Both the position numbers and the translations under genes were made by a program. This document shows, piece by piece, positions 10,847-21,663 of a stretch of DNA of 64,000 nt. The number at the start of each line of letters is the position of its first letter. The stretch's first letter is position 1. This DNA comes from a bacterium (GTDB lineage: Bacteria > UBA8248): assembly GCA_965200245.1 (NCBI GenBank), contig CBDATS010000004.1, positions 1,280,001 to 1,344,000 of the forward strand, given 5' to 3'. Below the pieces are notes generated by a model. It was not told the DNA's origin and searched no databases. It saw only the letters and a program-made list of their open reading frames with translations.

Positions 10847-11257
10847 ATGGCCTACAGCGACAAGGTAGTCGATCACTACAATAATCCGCGCAACGTCGGC
10901 TCGCTCAACAAGAACGACCAGGCGGTGGGCACGGGTATCGTCGGCGCACCCGAATGCGGCGACGTGATGAAGCTCCAGATCAAGGTGAGCGAGGGCGGCC
11001 TCATCGAGGACGCGAAGTTCAAGACCTTCGGCTGCGGAAGCGCCATCGCGTCGAGTTCCTTGGCCACCGAGTGGCTCAAGGGCAAGACGGTGAATGAGGC
11101 CGAGGAAATCAGGAACACGCAGATCGTCGAGGAACTGAACCTCCCGCCGGTCAAGATCCACTGCTCTGTGCTGGCCGAAGACGCCATCAAGACCGCGCTC
11201 AACGACTATCGCGAGAAAAACGGCATGCCGGTCGTCGAGCGCAAGGGCCACCACTAG
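10847..11257 (+). CDS. iscU: Fe-S scaffold protein
   Basis: MAYSDKVVDHY, GAPECGDVMKLQ, FGCGSAIASSS, LPPVKIHCSVLAEDA. Confidence 0.97.
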   Translation: MAYSDKVVDHYNNPRNVGSLNKNDQAVGTGIVGAPECGDVMKLQIKVSEGGLIEDAKFKTFGCGSAIASSSLATEWLKGKTVNEAEEIRNTQIVEELNLPPVKIHCSVLAEDAIKTALNDYREKNGMPVVERKGHH

Positions 11258-11288
11258 AAGCGGACGACTCGCAGGGGAGGAGCAGGAT

Positions 11289-11645
11289 ATGGAAATCACT
11301 GCGAAGAAACCGGGCATCGAAATCTCCGACAAGGCCGTGGATCACGTGAACCGCTTCATGGAGAAAGAGGGTGCGCAAGGCAAGGTTCTCCGCGTCGGCG
11401 TAAAGGGAGGCGGTTGCTCCGGGCTTTCCTACGTCCTTCAGTTCGAGGGCGAGGAGCGCATCAACCCTCTGATGGACGAGGTGTTCGAGAAAGGCGGCGT
11501 TCGTGTGGCCGTGGACAAGAAGAGCCTGTTTTTCTTGACCGGCACTACGCTCCATTACGAGGATGGACTGATGGGCAAGGGATTTACGTTCAAAAATCCC
11601 AATGCCCGCCAGTCCTGCGGTTGCGGAGAAAGCTTTTCCGCGTAA
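11289..11645 (+). CDS. iscA: A-type Fe-S carrier
   Basis: GGGCSG and CGCGESF motifs. Confidence 0.93.
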   Translation: MEITAKKPGIEISDKAVDHVNRFMEKEGAQGKVLRVGVKGGGCSGLSYVLQFEGEERINPLMDEVFEKGGVRVAVDKKSLFFLTGTTLHYEDGLMGKGFTFKNPNARQSCGCGESFSA

Positions 11646-11658
11646 CGCAACCAGGATG

Positions 11659-11706
11659 AAACGCGCCGCGCCCATGCCACATGGGATAGCGACGCGTTTT
11701 TCTTTT
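11659..11706 (+). terminator. Hairpin with U-tract between iscA and hscB (terminator or processing structure)
   Basis: AAACGCG..CCCATG/CATGGG..CGCGTTT imperfect stem followed by TTTTTCTTTT. Confidence 0.5.
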
Positions 11707-11729
11707 GTGTTCAAGCAGCCCGTCGCTCT

Positions 11730-12392
11730 ATGCGGGCCTGGAATCGCGTGATGAATGAAATGACGAGAGAACCCCCTTTCTCGGTCTTCAACGAAGAGGG
11801 CGAAATCGAGACGATTCCCGCCGGGGTGGATCATTTTGCCCTGTTGGGGCTGGAGCGCAGGTGCGGCATTGACGCCGAGGCGCTCGAATCGGAGTTCTAC
11901 GAACTGAACCGCAAGCTCCACCCCGATTTTTTCATGAATGCGCCCGCCTCGGTACGAATCCGGAGCCTGGACGCAACAGCCCGAATCAACGAGGCGTACC
12001 GGATCCTCAAGGACCCGGTAGCGCGTGTCGTCTATCTCGTGCAGATCGAAAGCGGAAAACTCGCCGAGAACGAGAGAACGCCCCCGCCCGAACTTTTCGA
12101 GGCGATATTCGAGGCGCAGGAGGCGGTCGAGGAGTTTCAGTGCTGCATGGACGAGGAGGAGGCCGAGAGCTTGCGCGAGCGCCTGAACGCGGCCATGGGG
12201 TGCTTTTCGGCCCTTCGGGACGGACAGCACGCGGCGCTTGAAAAGCTGGGAACCGCTTGGGACAAGGCGCTTGAGAAAGATGAATCCGTCCCGACCGATG
12301 TAGTGAAGAAGATGCGCTCCGTTCTCGGACAGAGGAACTACATCGAAAACACCCTCGCGAGCCTCAAGCGCACGCTGGAGGAAAGCGAATGA
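11730..12392 (+). CDS. hscB: Fe-S co-chaperone (J-domain)
   Basis: LHPDFF J-domain motif, [14 protein letters not shown]; exact start uncertain. Confidence 0.9.
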   Translation: MRAWNRVMNEMTREPPFSVFNEEGEIETIPAGVDHFALLGLERRCGIDAEALESEFYELNRKLHPDFFMNAPASVRIRSLDATARINEAYRILKDPVARVVYLVQIESGKLAENERTPPPELFEAIFEAQEAVEEFQCCMDEEEAESLRERLNAAMGCFSALRDGQHAALEKLGTAWDKALEKDESVPTDVVKKMRSVLGQRNYIENTLASLKRTLEESE

Positions 12393-14224
12393 GCGATATC
12401 GTCGGGATCGACCTGGGCACGACGAACAGCCTGGTCGCTTCCGTATCGGAAGGCGAACCGGCGATTCTTGCGCCCGAGGGCGAACGCGGCATCGTGCCCT
12501 CCGTGGTAAGTTTTCGTTCGGACCATGTTCTTGTCGGCGATGAAGCGCAGGCCGAGCGTGTTTCCAACAGCCGGGACACCATCTTTTCCGTCAAGCGGTT
12601 CATGGGCAGAGGCTACGATGACGTAAAGGACGAGATGCGCCACTTGCCCTTCGACGCGGACCCCGAGGAGAAAGAGGTCGCCCACGTACTGGCGCAGGGG
12701 CGATCCTATAGCGCACCCGAAATCAGCGCCCTGGTGTTGAGACGGCTGAAGGCCCGGGCGGAAAAAGCGCTCGGCAGGCCCGTGTTGAGAGCGGTGTTGA
12801 CGGTGCCCGCGTATTTCAACGACGCGCAGCGTCAGGCGACCAAGGATGCAGGAAGGCTCTCGGGCCTGGAAGTGCTCCGCATCATCAACGAACCCACTGC
12901 GGCTTCACTGGCCTACGGTCTGCATGAACGAAACCGGGGTATCATCGCGGTCTACGACCTGGGCGGTGGCACGTTCGACATCTCACTGCTGAAGACCAAG
13001 GACGGCGTGTTCGAGGTTCTCTCCACAGGCGGCGACACCCATCTCGGAGGGGATGATTTCGATCAGGCGATCTCCCGCCACATCCGGGAGGAAGTCCTCA
13101 AGCGACACGGCGTGGATTTGAGCGCAATGCCTGAAGCGTTGGCCGAACTCGCGGTTTTGGCCGAGCACGTCAAGAAGACCCTTTCCGAGAGCGATTCCAC
13201 CGAATATATCCTCGAAAACCCGGGTGGCGTCCCGCTCTCTCACAAGGGGTGCCTCACCCGCGAGGAGGTGGAGGCGTTCCTCTGGCCCATCGCCCATCGC
13301 ACCCTGGCGCCTTGCAGGCAGGCCTTGGCGGATGCGGATCTTGCGCCCGGCGAGGTGGATGAAGTCGTGCTGGTGGGTGGGTCCACCCGCATGCCCCTCA
13401 TACGTCGCATGGTGGAGGAACTGTTCGGGAAAAAACCACACGCGGATTTGGACCCGGACGAGGTGGTGGCCCTGGGTGCCGCCGTGCAGGCGGACATCCT
13501 CGCGGGCGGCAGGAAGGACATGCTTCTGCTCGACGTGACGCCTCTTTCTTTGGGTATCGAGACCATGGGCGGCGTCATGGAGTGGATCATTCCCCGCAAC
13601 ACCACCATACCGACGAGCGCGCGAGAAACCTATACCACTTTCAAGGATAACCAGACGGGCGTGGATATCCACGTGCTGCAGGGCGAGCGCGAGCTCGTGA
13701 AGGACAACCGCTCGCTTGCACGGTTTCGCCTCGCGGTCGATCCGGTGCCTGCCGGCCTCGCCCGGGTGGAGGTGACGTTTCTGCTTGACGCGAACGGTAT
13801 CCTGAACGTAGCGGCCCGGGACCTGAAGAGCGGCAAGGCCACCTCGGTGGAGGTACAGCCCTCCTGCGGGCTGACGGACGAACAGGTGGAGCGCATGCTC
13901 ATCGAATCTTTCGAGCACGCCGAACAGGACATACACTCGCGCCAGGTTCTCGACGCCAGAACCGAGGCGGAGACGATCCTGATGGCCACGGGCCGCGCGT
14001 TGAACGATTATGGCGAGGATGCGATATCTCCCGGGGAGCGCGCGAAGATTCAGGAAGCCGTGAACGCGCTCGAGATAGCCTGCCGGGGCGAGGGCGCAGG
14101 CTCGATTCGCGACATGGTCGATGCGCTCAATGAAGTTACGATGCCGCTCGCGGAGCGGATGATGGATAACGTTTTGAAGTCTGCCTTGGAGAACAAGAGG
14201 GCAAGCGAAACCCTCAATGACTAG
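12389..14224 (+). CDS. hscA: Fe-S chaperone Hsp70
   Basis: [40 protein letters not shown]; lies between hscB and fdx. Confidence 0.93.
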   Translation: MSDIVGIDLGTTNSLVASVSEGEPAILAPEGERGIVPSVVSFRSDHVLVGDEAQAERVSNSRDTIFSVKRFMGRGYDDVKDEMRHLPFDADPEEKEVAHVLAQGRSYSAPEISALVLRRLKARAEKALGRPVLRAVLTVPAYFNDAQRQATKDAGRLSGLEVLRIINEPTAASLAYGLHERNRGIIAVYDLGGGTFDISLLKTKDGVFEVLSTGGDTHLGGDDFDQAISRHIREEVLKRHGVDLSAMPEALAELAVLAEHVKKTLSESDSTEYILENPGGVPLSHKGCLTREEVEAFLWPIAHRTLAPCRQALADADLAPGEVDEVVLVGGSTRMPLIRRMVEELFGKKPHADLDPDEVVALGAAVQADILAGGRKDMLLLDVTPLSLGIETMGGVMEWIIPRNTTIPTSARETYTTFKDNQTGVDIHVLQGERELVKDNRSLARFRLAVDPVPAGLARVEVTFLLDANGILNVAARDLKSGKATSVEVQPSCGLTDEQVERMLIESFEHAEQDIHSRQVLDARTEAETILMATGRALNDYGEDAISPGERAKIQEAVNALEIACRGEGAGSIRDMVDALNEVTMPLAERMMDNVLKSALENKRASETLND

Positions 14225-14263
14225 AATTCGCGGCAGGGGACACGCGGGACGCAGGGGAAGAAA

Positions 14264-14620
14264 ATGGCGAAACTTTATTTCACGGAAGAAAAACAGACGA
14301 TAGAAATCCACGTGGGCGAGAATATTCTCGAAGCGGCGCTCGAAAACGGCATCGATCTGGATCACGCCTGCGGCGGCGTGTGTGCCTGCTCGACGTGTCA
14401 CGTGAAGATCAGGACCGGTGCCGATTTTTTCAACGAATCCACCGAGGACGAGGAAGATCAACTCGACGACGCGCGCGACGTGGACCTCGACAGCCGCTTG
14501 GCCTGTCAGGCGACGCTGGAGAGCGATACGGATGAGGTGATCGAAATCGAGGTGCCGTTCTGGAACGTGAACCTCGTGCAGGAGGGTCCGGATGCGGCCC
14601 GTGAGCAAAGCACCCATTAA
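14264..14620 (+). CDS. fdx: ISC 2Fe-2S ferredoxin
   Basis: HACGGVCACSTCHV ... SRLACQ. Confidence 0.93.
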   Translation: MAKLYFTEEKQTIEIHVGENILEAALENGIDLDHACGGVCACSTCHVKIRTGADFFNESTEDEEDQLDDARDVDLDSRLACQATLESDTDEVIEIEVPFWNVNLVQEGPDAAREQSTH

Positions 14621-14644
14621 GAGATTCGGTTCAGGAGAAAACCC

Positions 14645-14863
14645 GTGGACACGTTTGGCTGGGAAGACGCCGAGGATATCGGCATCGTGCTGTACGAGAA
14701 ATTTCCGGATCTGGATCCGCTCTCCGTGCGGTTTACCGATCTGCACGAGTGGGTGTGCGGACTGGAAGAATTCGACGACGATCCCAGATCTTCGACGGAA
14801 GGCAAGCTCGAGGCCATTCAGATGGCCTGGCTTGAAGAATACAGGGATGCGCAGGGAGACTAG
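14645..14863 (+). CDS. iscX: Fe-S assembly protein IscX
   Basis: DPLSVRFTDLHEWV, LEAIQMAWLEE. Confidence 0.92.
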   Translation: MDTFGWEDAEDIGIVLYEKFPDLDPLSVRFTDLHEWVCGLEEFDDDPRSSTEGKLEAIQMAWLEEYRDAQGD

Positions 14864-14881
14864 TTTTCTCCTCATGTGGAA

Positions 14882-14908
14882 AGGGTGCGGCCTTCCGGCC
14901 GACACCCT
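14882..14908 (+). terminator. GC-rich hairpin closing the isc cluster
   Basis: AGGGTG-CGGCC-ttcc-GGCCG-a-CACCCT; no clear U-tract. Confidence 0.4.
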
Positions 14909-14950
14909 CTCGCGATTCCTGTTTACAGAGGATGATTCGAGGCGAATGAA

Positions 14951-15760
14951 GTGAGCGAAGAACGACGTGTGGACGGAAAAATCCTGCTCTCCCGCAAGGA
15001 TGCGGTGGCGACGATCACCTTCAACGCGCCCGAGCGGCTGAACGCCATCGAGTATGAGATGTGGGTGGAGATTGGCAACCTCATGCCCGAACTCGACGCT
15101 GACGATTCGGTACGCGCCGTTGTTTTCAAAGGCGCGGGCGGACGGGCCTTTTCCGCCGGTGCCGATATCTCGCGCTTCAGGCAGGAGCGTTACAGTTCCG
15201 CTCAAGCCAGGCATTTCTCGGAAACAGGATTCCTGCGCGGTCTCGACGCGGTGGATGCATTCTCGAAACCCGTCATCTGCCTCATACGCGGTGCCTGCGT
15301 GGGCGGAGGCGTGGAACTCGCCGCCGCTGCGGATTTGCGGGTCGCGGGCGAGAATTCGCGCTTCGGGATCCCTGTGGCCAGGCTCGGCCTCGTGGCGGGC
15401 TATTCCGAACTCAGGCGTTTCGTGTATTCCATCGGCCCTGCGCGGACGCTGGACATGCTGTTTACGGCCAAGCTCTTCACCGCGCAGGAGATGCTCGATG
15501 CGGGCTTTCTGGCGCGCGTCGTGCCGGATGAGGAGGTGGAAGCCGCAGCGTATGAAATGGCGGAACGCATCGTTTCTCTGGCACCCCTCGTTCACAGGTG
15601 GCACAAAGGTTTCGTGAAGAAGGTGTTGCTCGATCCGAGCCTCTCCACCCTCACCGAGGAAGAGAGGGCGCGTGAGTTCGCCTGTTTCGATACCGAAGAC
15701 TTCCGAGAGGGCGTGGACGCTTTCCTGAACAAGCGCACGCCGGAATTTCAGGGAAAGTAG
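14951..15760 (+). CDS. Enoyl-CoA hydratase/isomerase family
   Basis: AFSAGADI, GACVGGGVELA, DFREGVDAFLNKR. Confidence 0.9.
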   Translation: MSEERRVDGKILLSRKDAVATITFNAPERLNAIEYEMWVEIGNLMPELDADDSVRAVVFKGAGGRAFSAGADISRFRQERYSSAQARHFSETGFLRGLDAVDAFSKPVICLIRGACVGGGVELAAAADLRVAGENSRFGIPVARLGLVAGYSELRRFVYSIGPARTLDMLFTAKLFTAQEMLDAGFLARVVPDEEVEAAAYEMAERIVSLAPLVHRWHKGFVKKVLLDPSLSTLTEEERAREFACFDTEDFREGVDAFLNKRTPEFQGK

Positions 15761-15765
15761 AACAA

Positions 15766-16968
15766 ATGAACCGAAAGACGGGCGGGCCCCTGGAAGGCGT
15801 ACGCGTCCTGGAGGTCTGCCAGGTAATGGCCGGCCCGTTCTGTGGGTGTCTGCTGGCCGACATGGGCGCGGACGTCATCAAGATCGAAAACCCGGACGGC
15901 GGCGACAGCGCGCGCCATCTGGGGCGTTATTTCGACGGCGGCGAGGCGCATGGTTTCATGAACCTGAATCGCAATAAGCGCAGCGTTGCGGTGAACATGA
16001 AAGCGCACGAGGGCGTCGCGCTCATGAAAGAACTGGCCCGGAAAGTCGACGTGTTCGTTGAGAATATACGGCCCGGCATCATGACGAGACTCGGTCTGGG
16101 CTATGAGGACCTGAAAGAACTCAATCCGGGCCTCATCTACGCATCCATCTCCGGTTACGGCGATACGGGGCCTTTCGCGGGCAAGGGCGGGTTCGATCTC
16201 GTCTCGCAGGGACTTTCGAGCCTCATGAGCTTCACGGGCGAGCCCGGCGGCGCGCCCGCAAAGATACCCGTGCCGATATGCGATCTGAACGCAGGGATGT
16301 ACACGGCGTTCTCGATTCTCTCGGCCTATATCCATAAACAGCGCACCGGACAGGGCCAGCGCATCGACGTGGCGCTGACCGACGCAGGCCTGGGCTACAC
16401 CTTCTGGCAGGCATCGCAGTTCTTCCCGTCCGGAGAGCCACCGGAACCTCTCGGCTCAGCGCACGAGATGACGGCGCCCTATCAGGCTTTTCAGTGCAGG
16501 GATGGTTACCTGGCTCTCGGCGCCGCCAACCAGAGAAACTGGGAACTCTTCTGCGCAACTATCGGGAGAGAAGACCTTCTGGAACGGGAAGAATACGCCA
16601 CTGACGGCTTGAGACGCGAAAACTATCTCGCACTCGCGGGGGAACTCGGAGAGGTGTTCATTGAAAAGACACGCGACGAATGGGTGGCGCTTCTGGATTC
16701 GGGCGGCATCCCCTGCGGGCCGATTCTCAACATGGAAGAAACCTTCGCGCATCCCCAGATTCAGGCGAGGGAAATGAGCGTCGAGATAGAGCACCCCGCG
16801 GCGGGCCGAATGCGGGTTCTGGGCTTTCCGCCCAAACTGTCCGGGACGCGCGTCGGTGTTCGTACGCCCGCGCCCCTGCTGGGCGAGCACACCGACGAGG
16901 TGCTGCGTGAGTTCGGAGCCAGCGAGGATGAAATAAACAACTTGCGGGCAGCGGGCTTCGTGGCCTGA
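15766..16968 (+). CDS. Class III CoA-transferase (CaiB/BaiF)
   Basis: AGPFCGCLLADMGADVIKIE, NRNKRS, PLLGEHTDEVL. Confidence 0.92.
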   Translation: MNRKTGGPLEGVRVLEVCQVMAGPFCGCLLADMGADVIKIENPDGGDSARHLGRYFDGGEAHGFMNLNRNKRSVAVNMKAHEGVALMKELARKVDVFVENIRPGIMTRLGLGYEDLKELNPGLIYASISGYGDTGPFAGKGGFDLVSQGLSSLMSFTGEPGGAPAKIPVPICDLNAGMYTAFSILSAYIHKQRTGQGQRIDVALTDAGLGYTFWQASQFFPSGEPPEPLGSAHEMTAPYQAFQCRDGYLALGAANQRNWELFCATIGREDLLEREEYATDGLRRENYLALAGELGEVFIEKTRDEWVALLDSGGIPCGPILNMEETFAHPQIQAREMSVEIEHPAAGRMRVLGFPPKLSGTRVGVRTPAPLLGEHTDEVLREFGASEDEINNLRAAGFVA

Positions 16969-16972
16969 GTAC

Positions 16973-17686
16973 ATGGCCAAACCGCCGCCGCCCCTCTCCC
17001 CCGGCGTCTACCTCGTCGCCACGCCTATCGGCAATCTCGAAGACATCACACAACGCGCCCGCAGGGTGCTGGAGGAATGCGACCTCATTGCGTGTGAGGA
17101 CACGCGCCACACGGGCAGGCTGCTCTCGCACATCGGCATCAGGAAACCACTCCTGAGCTACCACGAGCATAACGAGGCGAAGCGTGCGGACGATCTGGCC
17201 GCGCGCGCGCTCGGCGGTGCGCGCATCGCCGTGGTATCGGACGCGGGCACACCGGGCGTCTCGGACCCCGCCTACCGGGTAGTGCGCGCAGCAATCGAGG
17301 CGGGCGTCGCCGTCATCCCCGTTCCCGGCCCGTCTTCGGTTCTGGCGGCACTCACCGCATCGGGCCTTCCCACGGACAGTTTCGTCTTCGAGGGTTTTCT
17401 TCTCGCGAAGGGCCGGAAGAGACTCCAGAAGATAGAAACGCTGCTGGGCGAGGAACGCACGGTCGTCCTGTTTGAAGCCCCTCACAGGACGCCGAGGCTC
17501 GTGAGCGAGATTGCCGCTCTGGCGCCCGCGCGGCCCCTGGCCCTTGCGCGCGAGATCACGAAGCTCCACGAGGAGATATTGAGGGATGAGGCGCGAAAAC
17601 TCGCCGATGCACTCAAGGGAAAAAGAATCAGGGGCGAGTGCGTCCTGCTCATCGGGCCGAAGCGGATGGAGAAGGCGGACGATTGA
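16973..17686 (+). CDS. rsmI: 16S rRNA C1402 2'-O-methyltransferase
   Basis: LVATPIGNLEDIT, ACEDTRHT, SDAGTPGVSDP, REITKLHEE. Confidence 0.95.
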   Translation: MAKPPPPLSPGVYLVATPIGNLEDITQRARRVLEECDLIACEDTRHTGRLLSHIGIRKPLLSYHEHNEAKRADDLAARALGGARIAVVSDAGTPGVSDPAYRVVRAAIEAGVAVIPVPGPSSVLAALTASGLPTDSFVFEGFLLAKGRKRLQKIETLLGEERTVVLFEAPHRTPRLVSEIAALAPARPLALAREITKLHEEILRDEARKLADALKGKRIRGECVLLIGPKRMEKADD

Positions 17687-17935
17687 ACAGGGAGGGCGAC
17701 ATGGTACGATTTGTTGTATGAACGCCGTATCGCCTGCATTGCTCGACCCGCCTTCAGAAGACACGCCCATCCATTGCCGTAGTCGAAACCCCGACTCTCG
17801 CCATCCCTTTTGTCTTCATTGGCCAGTGCTGGACTGCATACACGCAGCCCGATGCTCCGTCATGCGAAAGGCGTTTCTGGAGCTTGCCGAATGCTGCAGG
17901 GTGAAGGGGCATGTCGAAAACCGAAGCAGCCCTCC

Positions 17936-19243
17936 CTACCTTGGCTCCAGGCCGTGTTTTTTCATGTAGGCCTGCAGCCAAAGCGCGAGGGCAATCGAGA
18001 TGAACATGAACAGGATAATCGTCAGGAAGGGAATGAGGTAACTTTTCGTGTAATCGAACATGAAACCCGCGAACGGAGGACCCACGACGCCTCCCAGGCC
18101 GTAGCAGATCTCCATGAAGCCGATGATGACGCCATAGGTACGGCCCCCGAAGCAGTCCCCCGCCAGGGCGGAATAGCATGCGCTCATGGCGCCGATGCCG
18201 ATGCCGTATATCAGCGCAAAGGCATAGCCGGGCAGGATGCCCCCGCCGAAATGGGGAATGAGGATGAGCAATGCCAGGCCCGCCGCCACCACCACGGCGG
18301 AAAGGGCCACCCCGTGCCCTCGCCCGATGATGTCGCCTACCCAACCGCCGCCGATGCTGCCGAACGTTCGGATGAATCCCACAGAACCGAAGATGACCGC
18401 CGCAAGAGCCGTGGAGTATTTGATGTCCACGAGATAGAGCTGCAGCTGGCTCATGATGGTGTTGTTGTTGAGCCCGATGGCGAAGACCATCAGAAGGAGG
18501 CACCAAAAGCGGATATCGCGCCTAACGACAGAGAATACCTCCCATACTCCCTTGCCTTCACCACCATGGCCGACGCCCGATTTCGCCATCTCTTCAGGCG
18601 TGCGCGGTGGGTCCCCGTCTGGCCCCTGGCCGACGTCCTCGGGCACGTCGCGAAGGAGCAGGAAACCCGAGGGCGCAACGATGAACAACAGGACCAGGCC
18701 GAAGATCATGTACGTGTAGCGCCAGCCGGCAGACGCGATGAGCCGCTCGATGAGAGGGGCCAGGACAAGGATACCGATTCCGATGCCCGAGAGTGCGATA
18801 CCAGTGGCGCGCCCCCTTTTTTTGACGAACCAGCGCGGCACGATGGCACTGTGCGTGGAGAAACCGCTCAACGAGAGACCATAGCCGGCGAAAAGCCCGA
18901 ACAGGATATAGAGGTGCCACAGAGAGGACACGAAAAAACACGAGATGAACGTGAGGCCCAGTATCACCGAACCCCAGGGCATGATGGCGCGCGGACCTTT
19001 TTTCTCAAGCAACGAGCCCGCAAACGGTGCACCGAAAGCGTAGGTGGCCATCGAGAGCGAGAACGCACCGCTCAGAAGACCCCGGCTCCAGCCGAATTCC
19101 TCAATAAGGGGGACTTGGAAGATGCCAAAGGAGAACCGTGTGACGACGTGGAATCCCAGCGTGGCGAAAGAAAGCCAGACGATGAGCCAGCCGTAGTAGA
19201 ATCGGGGTTTCCCGGCGGAGCCGCTTCCTGGAGGTTTAGTCAT
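17936..19243 (-). CDS. MFS transporter (OFA/MCT-like)
   Basis: FYYGWLIV, WFVKKRGRATGIA, about 12 TM helices. Confidence 0.9.
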   Translation of the reverse strand: MTKPPGSGSAGKPRFYYGWLIVWLSFATLGFHVVTRFSFGIFQVPLIEEFGWSRGLLSGAFSLSMATYAFGAPFAGSLLEKKGPRAIMPWGSVILGLTFISCFFVSSLWHLYILFGLFAGYGLSLSGFSTHSAIVPRWFVKKRGRATGIALSGIGIGILVLAPLIERLIASAGWRYTYMIFGLVLLFIVAPSGFLLLRDVPEDVGQGPDGDPPRTPEEMAKSGVGHGGEGKGVWEVFSVVRRDIRFWCLLLMVFAIGLNNNTIMSQLQLYLVDIKYSTALAAVIFGSVGFIRTFGSIGGGWVGDIIGRGHGVALSAVVVAAGLALLILIPHFGGGILPGYAFALIYGIGIGAMSACYSALAGDCFGGRTYGVIIGFMEICYGLGGVVGPPFAGFMFDYTKSYLIPFLTIILFMFISIALALWLQAYMKKHGLEPR

Positions 19244-19319
19244 TCGTTTCCTTGTTCAAGTGAATCACGGGACTTGAGGGGAGTATACACGGCGCCCGCG
19301 TTTCGGGAGAAGCAATATC

Positions 19320-20222
19320 TCAAACCTCCCAAAAGCACATCGCCGTTTGGACATGGATATCCACGGTGTCCGCAGGGTTCAGGGCGTATCCTCCGCCCAG
19401 GGTTCCTGCGACGGGAATCTCCCGCGCACGGCACTCTCCCAGAACGTACGCGTCGCGCCGCCGGAGTCCCTCTTTCGAGAGCTTGAGCGTTCCGAGCTGA
19501 TCCCCGGCATACGCATCGGCCCCCGCCTGGTACATCACCAGGTCGGGTTTATGTTCATCGAGAATCCTCGGGATGTGTTTTTCCAGGTGCGGCAGGTATT
19601 CATCCTCCGTCGCGAGGTCATAGAGGCCAATGTCCAGATCGCTTCTTTTCTTTTGCGGGTAGATGTTCTCCTGATGGATGGAAAACGTGAACACTGCCTC
19701 CTCGCGCCTGAAGATGACGGCGGTCCCGTTTCCCTGGTGCAGGTCGCAGTCGATGACGGCAGCACTTTCGATGACACCCTCTTTCATGAGAACCCGCACG
19801 GCGACTGCTAGGTCGTTCACGTAGCAAAAGCCCTCGGCCTGATCGGCGAAGGCGTGGTGAAAGCCTCCCGTGAGGTTGAGCGCCCGGCTTCTTTTCAGTG
19901 CCTCGCTCGCGGCGAGAATCGTGCCGCCTGTCGCCAGGAAGCTCGCGTCCACGATCTGTTTGCTTATCGGGAGTTCGCTCGGTGCCGTGCGCGCGGTTTG
20001 GACGCCTGATCGCAGATCCGCCAGATATTCCGGCGTGTGGACGAGGGCCAGTTCCTCCTGGGTCGCGCCGCGGGGCACGAGAAAAGCGCTGTCGGGCAGT
20101 CCGGCCCTTCTGAGTCTGGCGTGGGTTTTCTGGTATTTCCCGGCTTGCAGGACATGAGTGCCGATGTCGGCGTAATAACCTTCGTGAAAGATGAAAGCGC
20201 AGTGCTCGGCAGGTGCGTTCAT
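19320..20222 (-). CDS. Histone deacetylase-family (Zn-dependent) amidohydrolase
   Basis: GGFHHA, GFCYVND, DCDLHQGNGT, QAGAD, GGGY. Confidence 0.92.
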   Translation of the reverse strand: MNAPAEHCAFIFHEGYYADIGTHVLQAGKYQKTHARLRRAGLPDSAFLVPRGATQEELALVHTPEYLADLRSGVQTARTAPSELPISKQIVDASFLATGGTILAASEALKRSRALNLTGGFHHAFADQAEGFCYVNDLAVAVRVLMKEGVIESAAVIDCDLHQGNGTAVIFRREEAVFTFSIHQENIYPQKKRSDLDIGLYDLATEDEYLPHLEKHIPRILDEHKPDLVMYQAGADAYAGDQLGTLKLSKEGLRRRDAYVLGECRAREIPVAGTLGGGYALNPADTVDIHVQTAMCFWEV

Positions 20223-20228
20223 CTCCGG

Positions 20229-21428
20229 CTAGATGATGCCCTTGTCTTTTAGGCCAGCGATTGCCGCGCTGTCGTAACCGATACTTTCCAGCACCTCGTC
20301 GGTGTGTTTGCCCATCGGAGGTCCTGCCCAGCGGATGCCGCCCGGCGAGCCGTTCAGCCTCGGAATGACGTTTTGCATCTTGATGGGTCCGAGTTCTTCA
20401 TCCTCCACGGTGGTGATGGTCCCGCGCGCCTGCACGTGGGGGTCCGCCATGAACTGGGCCACGTCGTAAATGGGGCCCAGGGCGCATTCGTGTTTCTCGA
20501 AATGGGCGATCGTCTCATCAAGCGCGTGTTTGCCTATCCAGTCCTGGATGGCGTCGTCGAGTTCGGCCATGTTCTCCACCCGGCCCGCCTGGGTCGCCAT
20601 CCTCGGGTTGTCGCCCAGGTCCTCACGCCCCACGGCGCGCATGACGCGCCTGAAGATGTTCTCCGCACTTGCGGATATCACGACATAGCGCCCGTCCTTG
20701 CATCGGTAAGTGTTTCTCGGTGCAGCGAAGGGAATGGCGTTTCCCGTGCGAGTCTGGATGTAGCCGAGCTGGTCGTATTCGATCGGCTGAGGACCCAGCA
20801 CCATGGTGATGGGCTCGAAAATGGCGATGTCGATTTCCTGGCCGGGCGCGTCGTGCACGTCGCGGTGGTAGAGTGCCATCATCACGGCGTAGGTGCCGCA
20901 CAGCGCACTGATGCCATCGGCCAGGGCGAAGGGTGGCAGTGTGGGTGGTCCGTCGGGAAACCCCGTGATGTGCGCGAAGCCGCTCATCGCCTCGGCAAGT
21001 GTGCCGAAACCGGGCCTTTGTGCGTAGGGGCCCTTCTGTCCGAAACCGCTCGTTCGCGCGAGGATGAGCCTAGGGTTGAGAGCATGGAGACTTTCCCAGG
21101 AAAAGCCCCATCTTTCCATCGTGCCGGGGCGGAAATTCTCCACCAGGACGTCCGCGCTTTCACACAGCTTGCGGACGATCTCCTGTCCTTCGGGCGAGGA
21201 GATGTTGCAGGTGATGGACTTCTTGTTCCGGCTCGCCAGTTTCCACCAGAGCGAGACGCCGTCCTTCTGGGAAGCGAAGTTTCTGAGCGAATCACCGCGT
21301 GGGTGCTCTATTTTGATGACATCGGCTCCGAAATCTGCCATATAGGTGGCTATCCAGGGGCCGGCGAACAGGGTTCCTATGTCGATGACCCGCACGCCTT
21401 CGAGCGGCATTTTGTTGTGTTCATTCAT
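20229..21428 (-). CDS. Class III CoA-transferase (CaiB/BaiF)
   Basis: AGPWIATYMADFGADVIKIE, ENFRPGTMERWG; start moved to ATG 21428. Confidence 0.92.
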   Translation of the reverse strand: MNEHNKMPLEGVRVIDIGTLFAGPWIATYMADFGADVIKIEHPRGDSLRNFASQKDGVSLWWKLASRNKKSITCNISSPEGQEIVRKLCESADVLVENFRPGTMERWGFSWESLHALNPRLILARTSGFGQKGPYAQRPGFGTLAEAMSGFAHITGFPDGPPTLPPFALADGISALCGTYAVMMALYHRDVHDAPGQEIDIAIFEPITMVLGPQPIEYDQLGYIQTRTGNAIPFAAPRNTYRCKDGRYVVISASAENIFRRVMRAVGREDLGDNPRMATQAGRVENMAELDDAIQDWIGKHALDETIAHFEKHECALGPIYDVAQFMADPHVQARGTITTVEDEELGPIKMQNVIPRLNGSPGGIRWAGPPMGKHTDEVLESIGYDSAAIAGLKDKGII

Positions 21429-21663
21429 GAAGCACTGTTCCTGAAGATTGGGGGCTGTCACCTTGCGGCCACAGACGGGTTCACGAAACACGTTCGTGGG
21501 ACGCTCCGATGGTAGCAAAGCCCGCTTGTTCCGGCAACGATTTGCGGGGATTCTCGGGAACGCCCTTCTCTCTTGTTTGCCGTGGACTTGGGCCCCGTAT
21601 ATTGGGATAATCGGGAGAGTTGATACGCCCTCTCGAGGGTCTGACCACATCTGGAGGTTTCGT

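Noticed and set aside
12983-15604. 873-aa minus-strand ORF and similar long antisense ORFs (e.g. 9460..10752, 17810..19486)
   Set aside because: Shadow frames of well-supported opposite-strand genes in high-GC DNA.
17687-17935. Intergenic region after rsmI as RNase P RNA or a small Cys-rich ORF
   Set aside because: Lacks the GAGGAAAGTCC RNase P signature; the ORF has no recognisable family and overlaps the MFS gene end.
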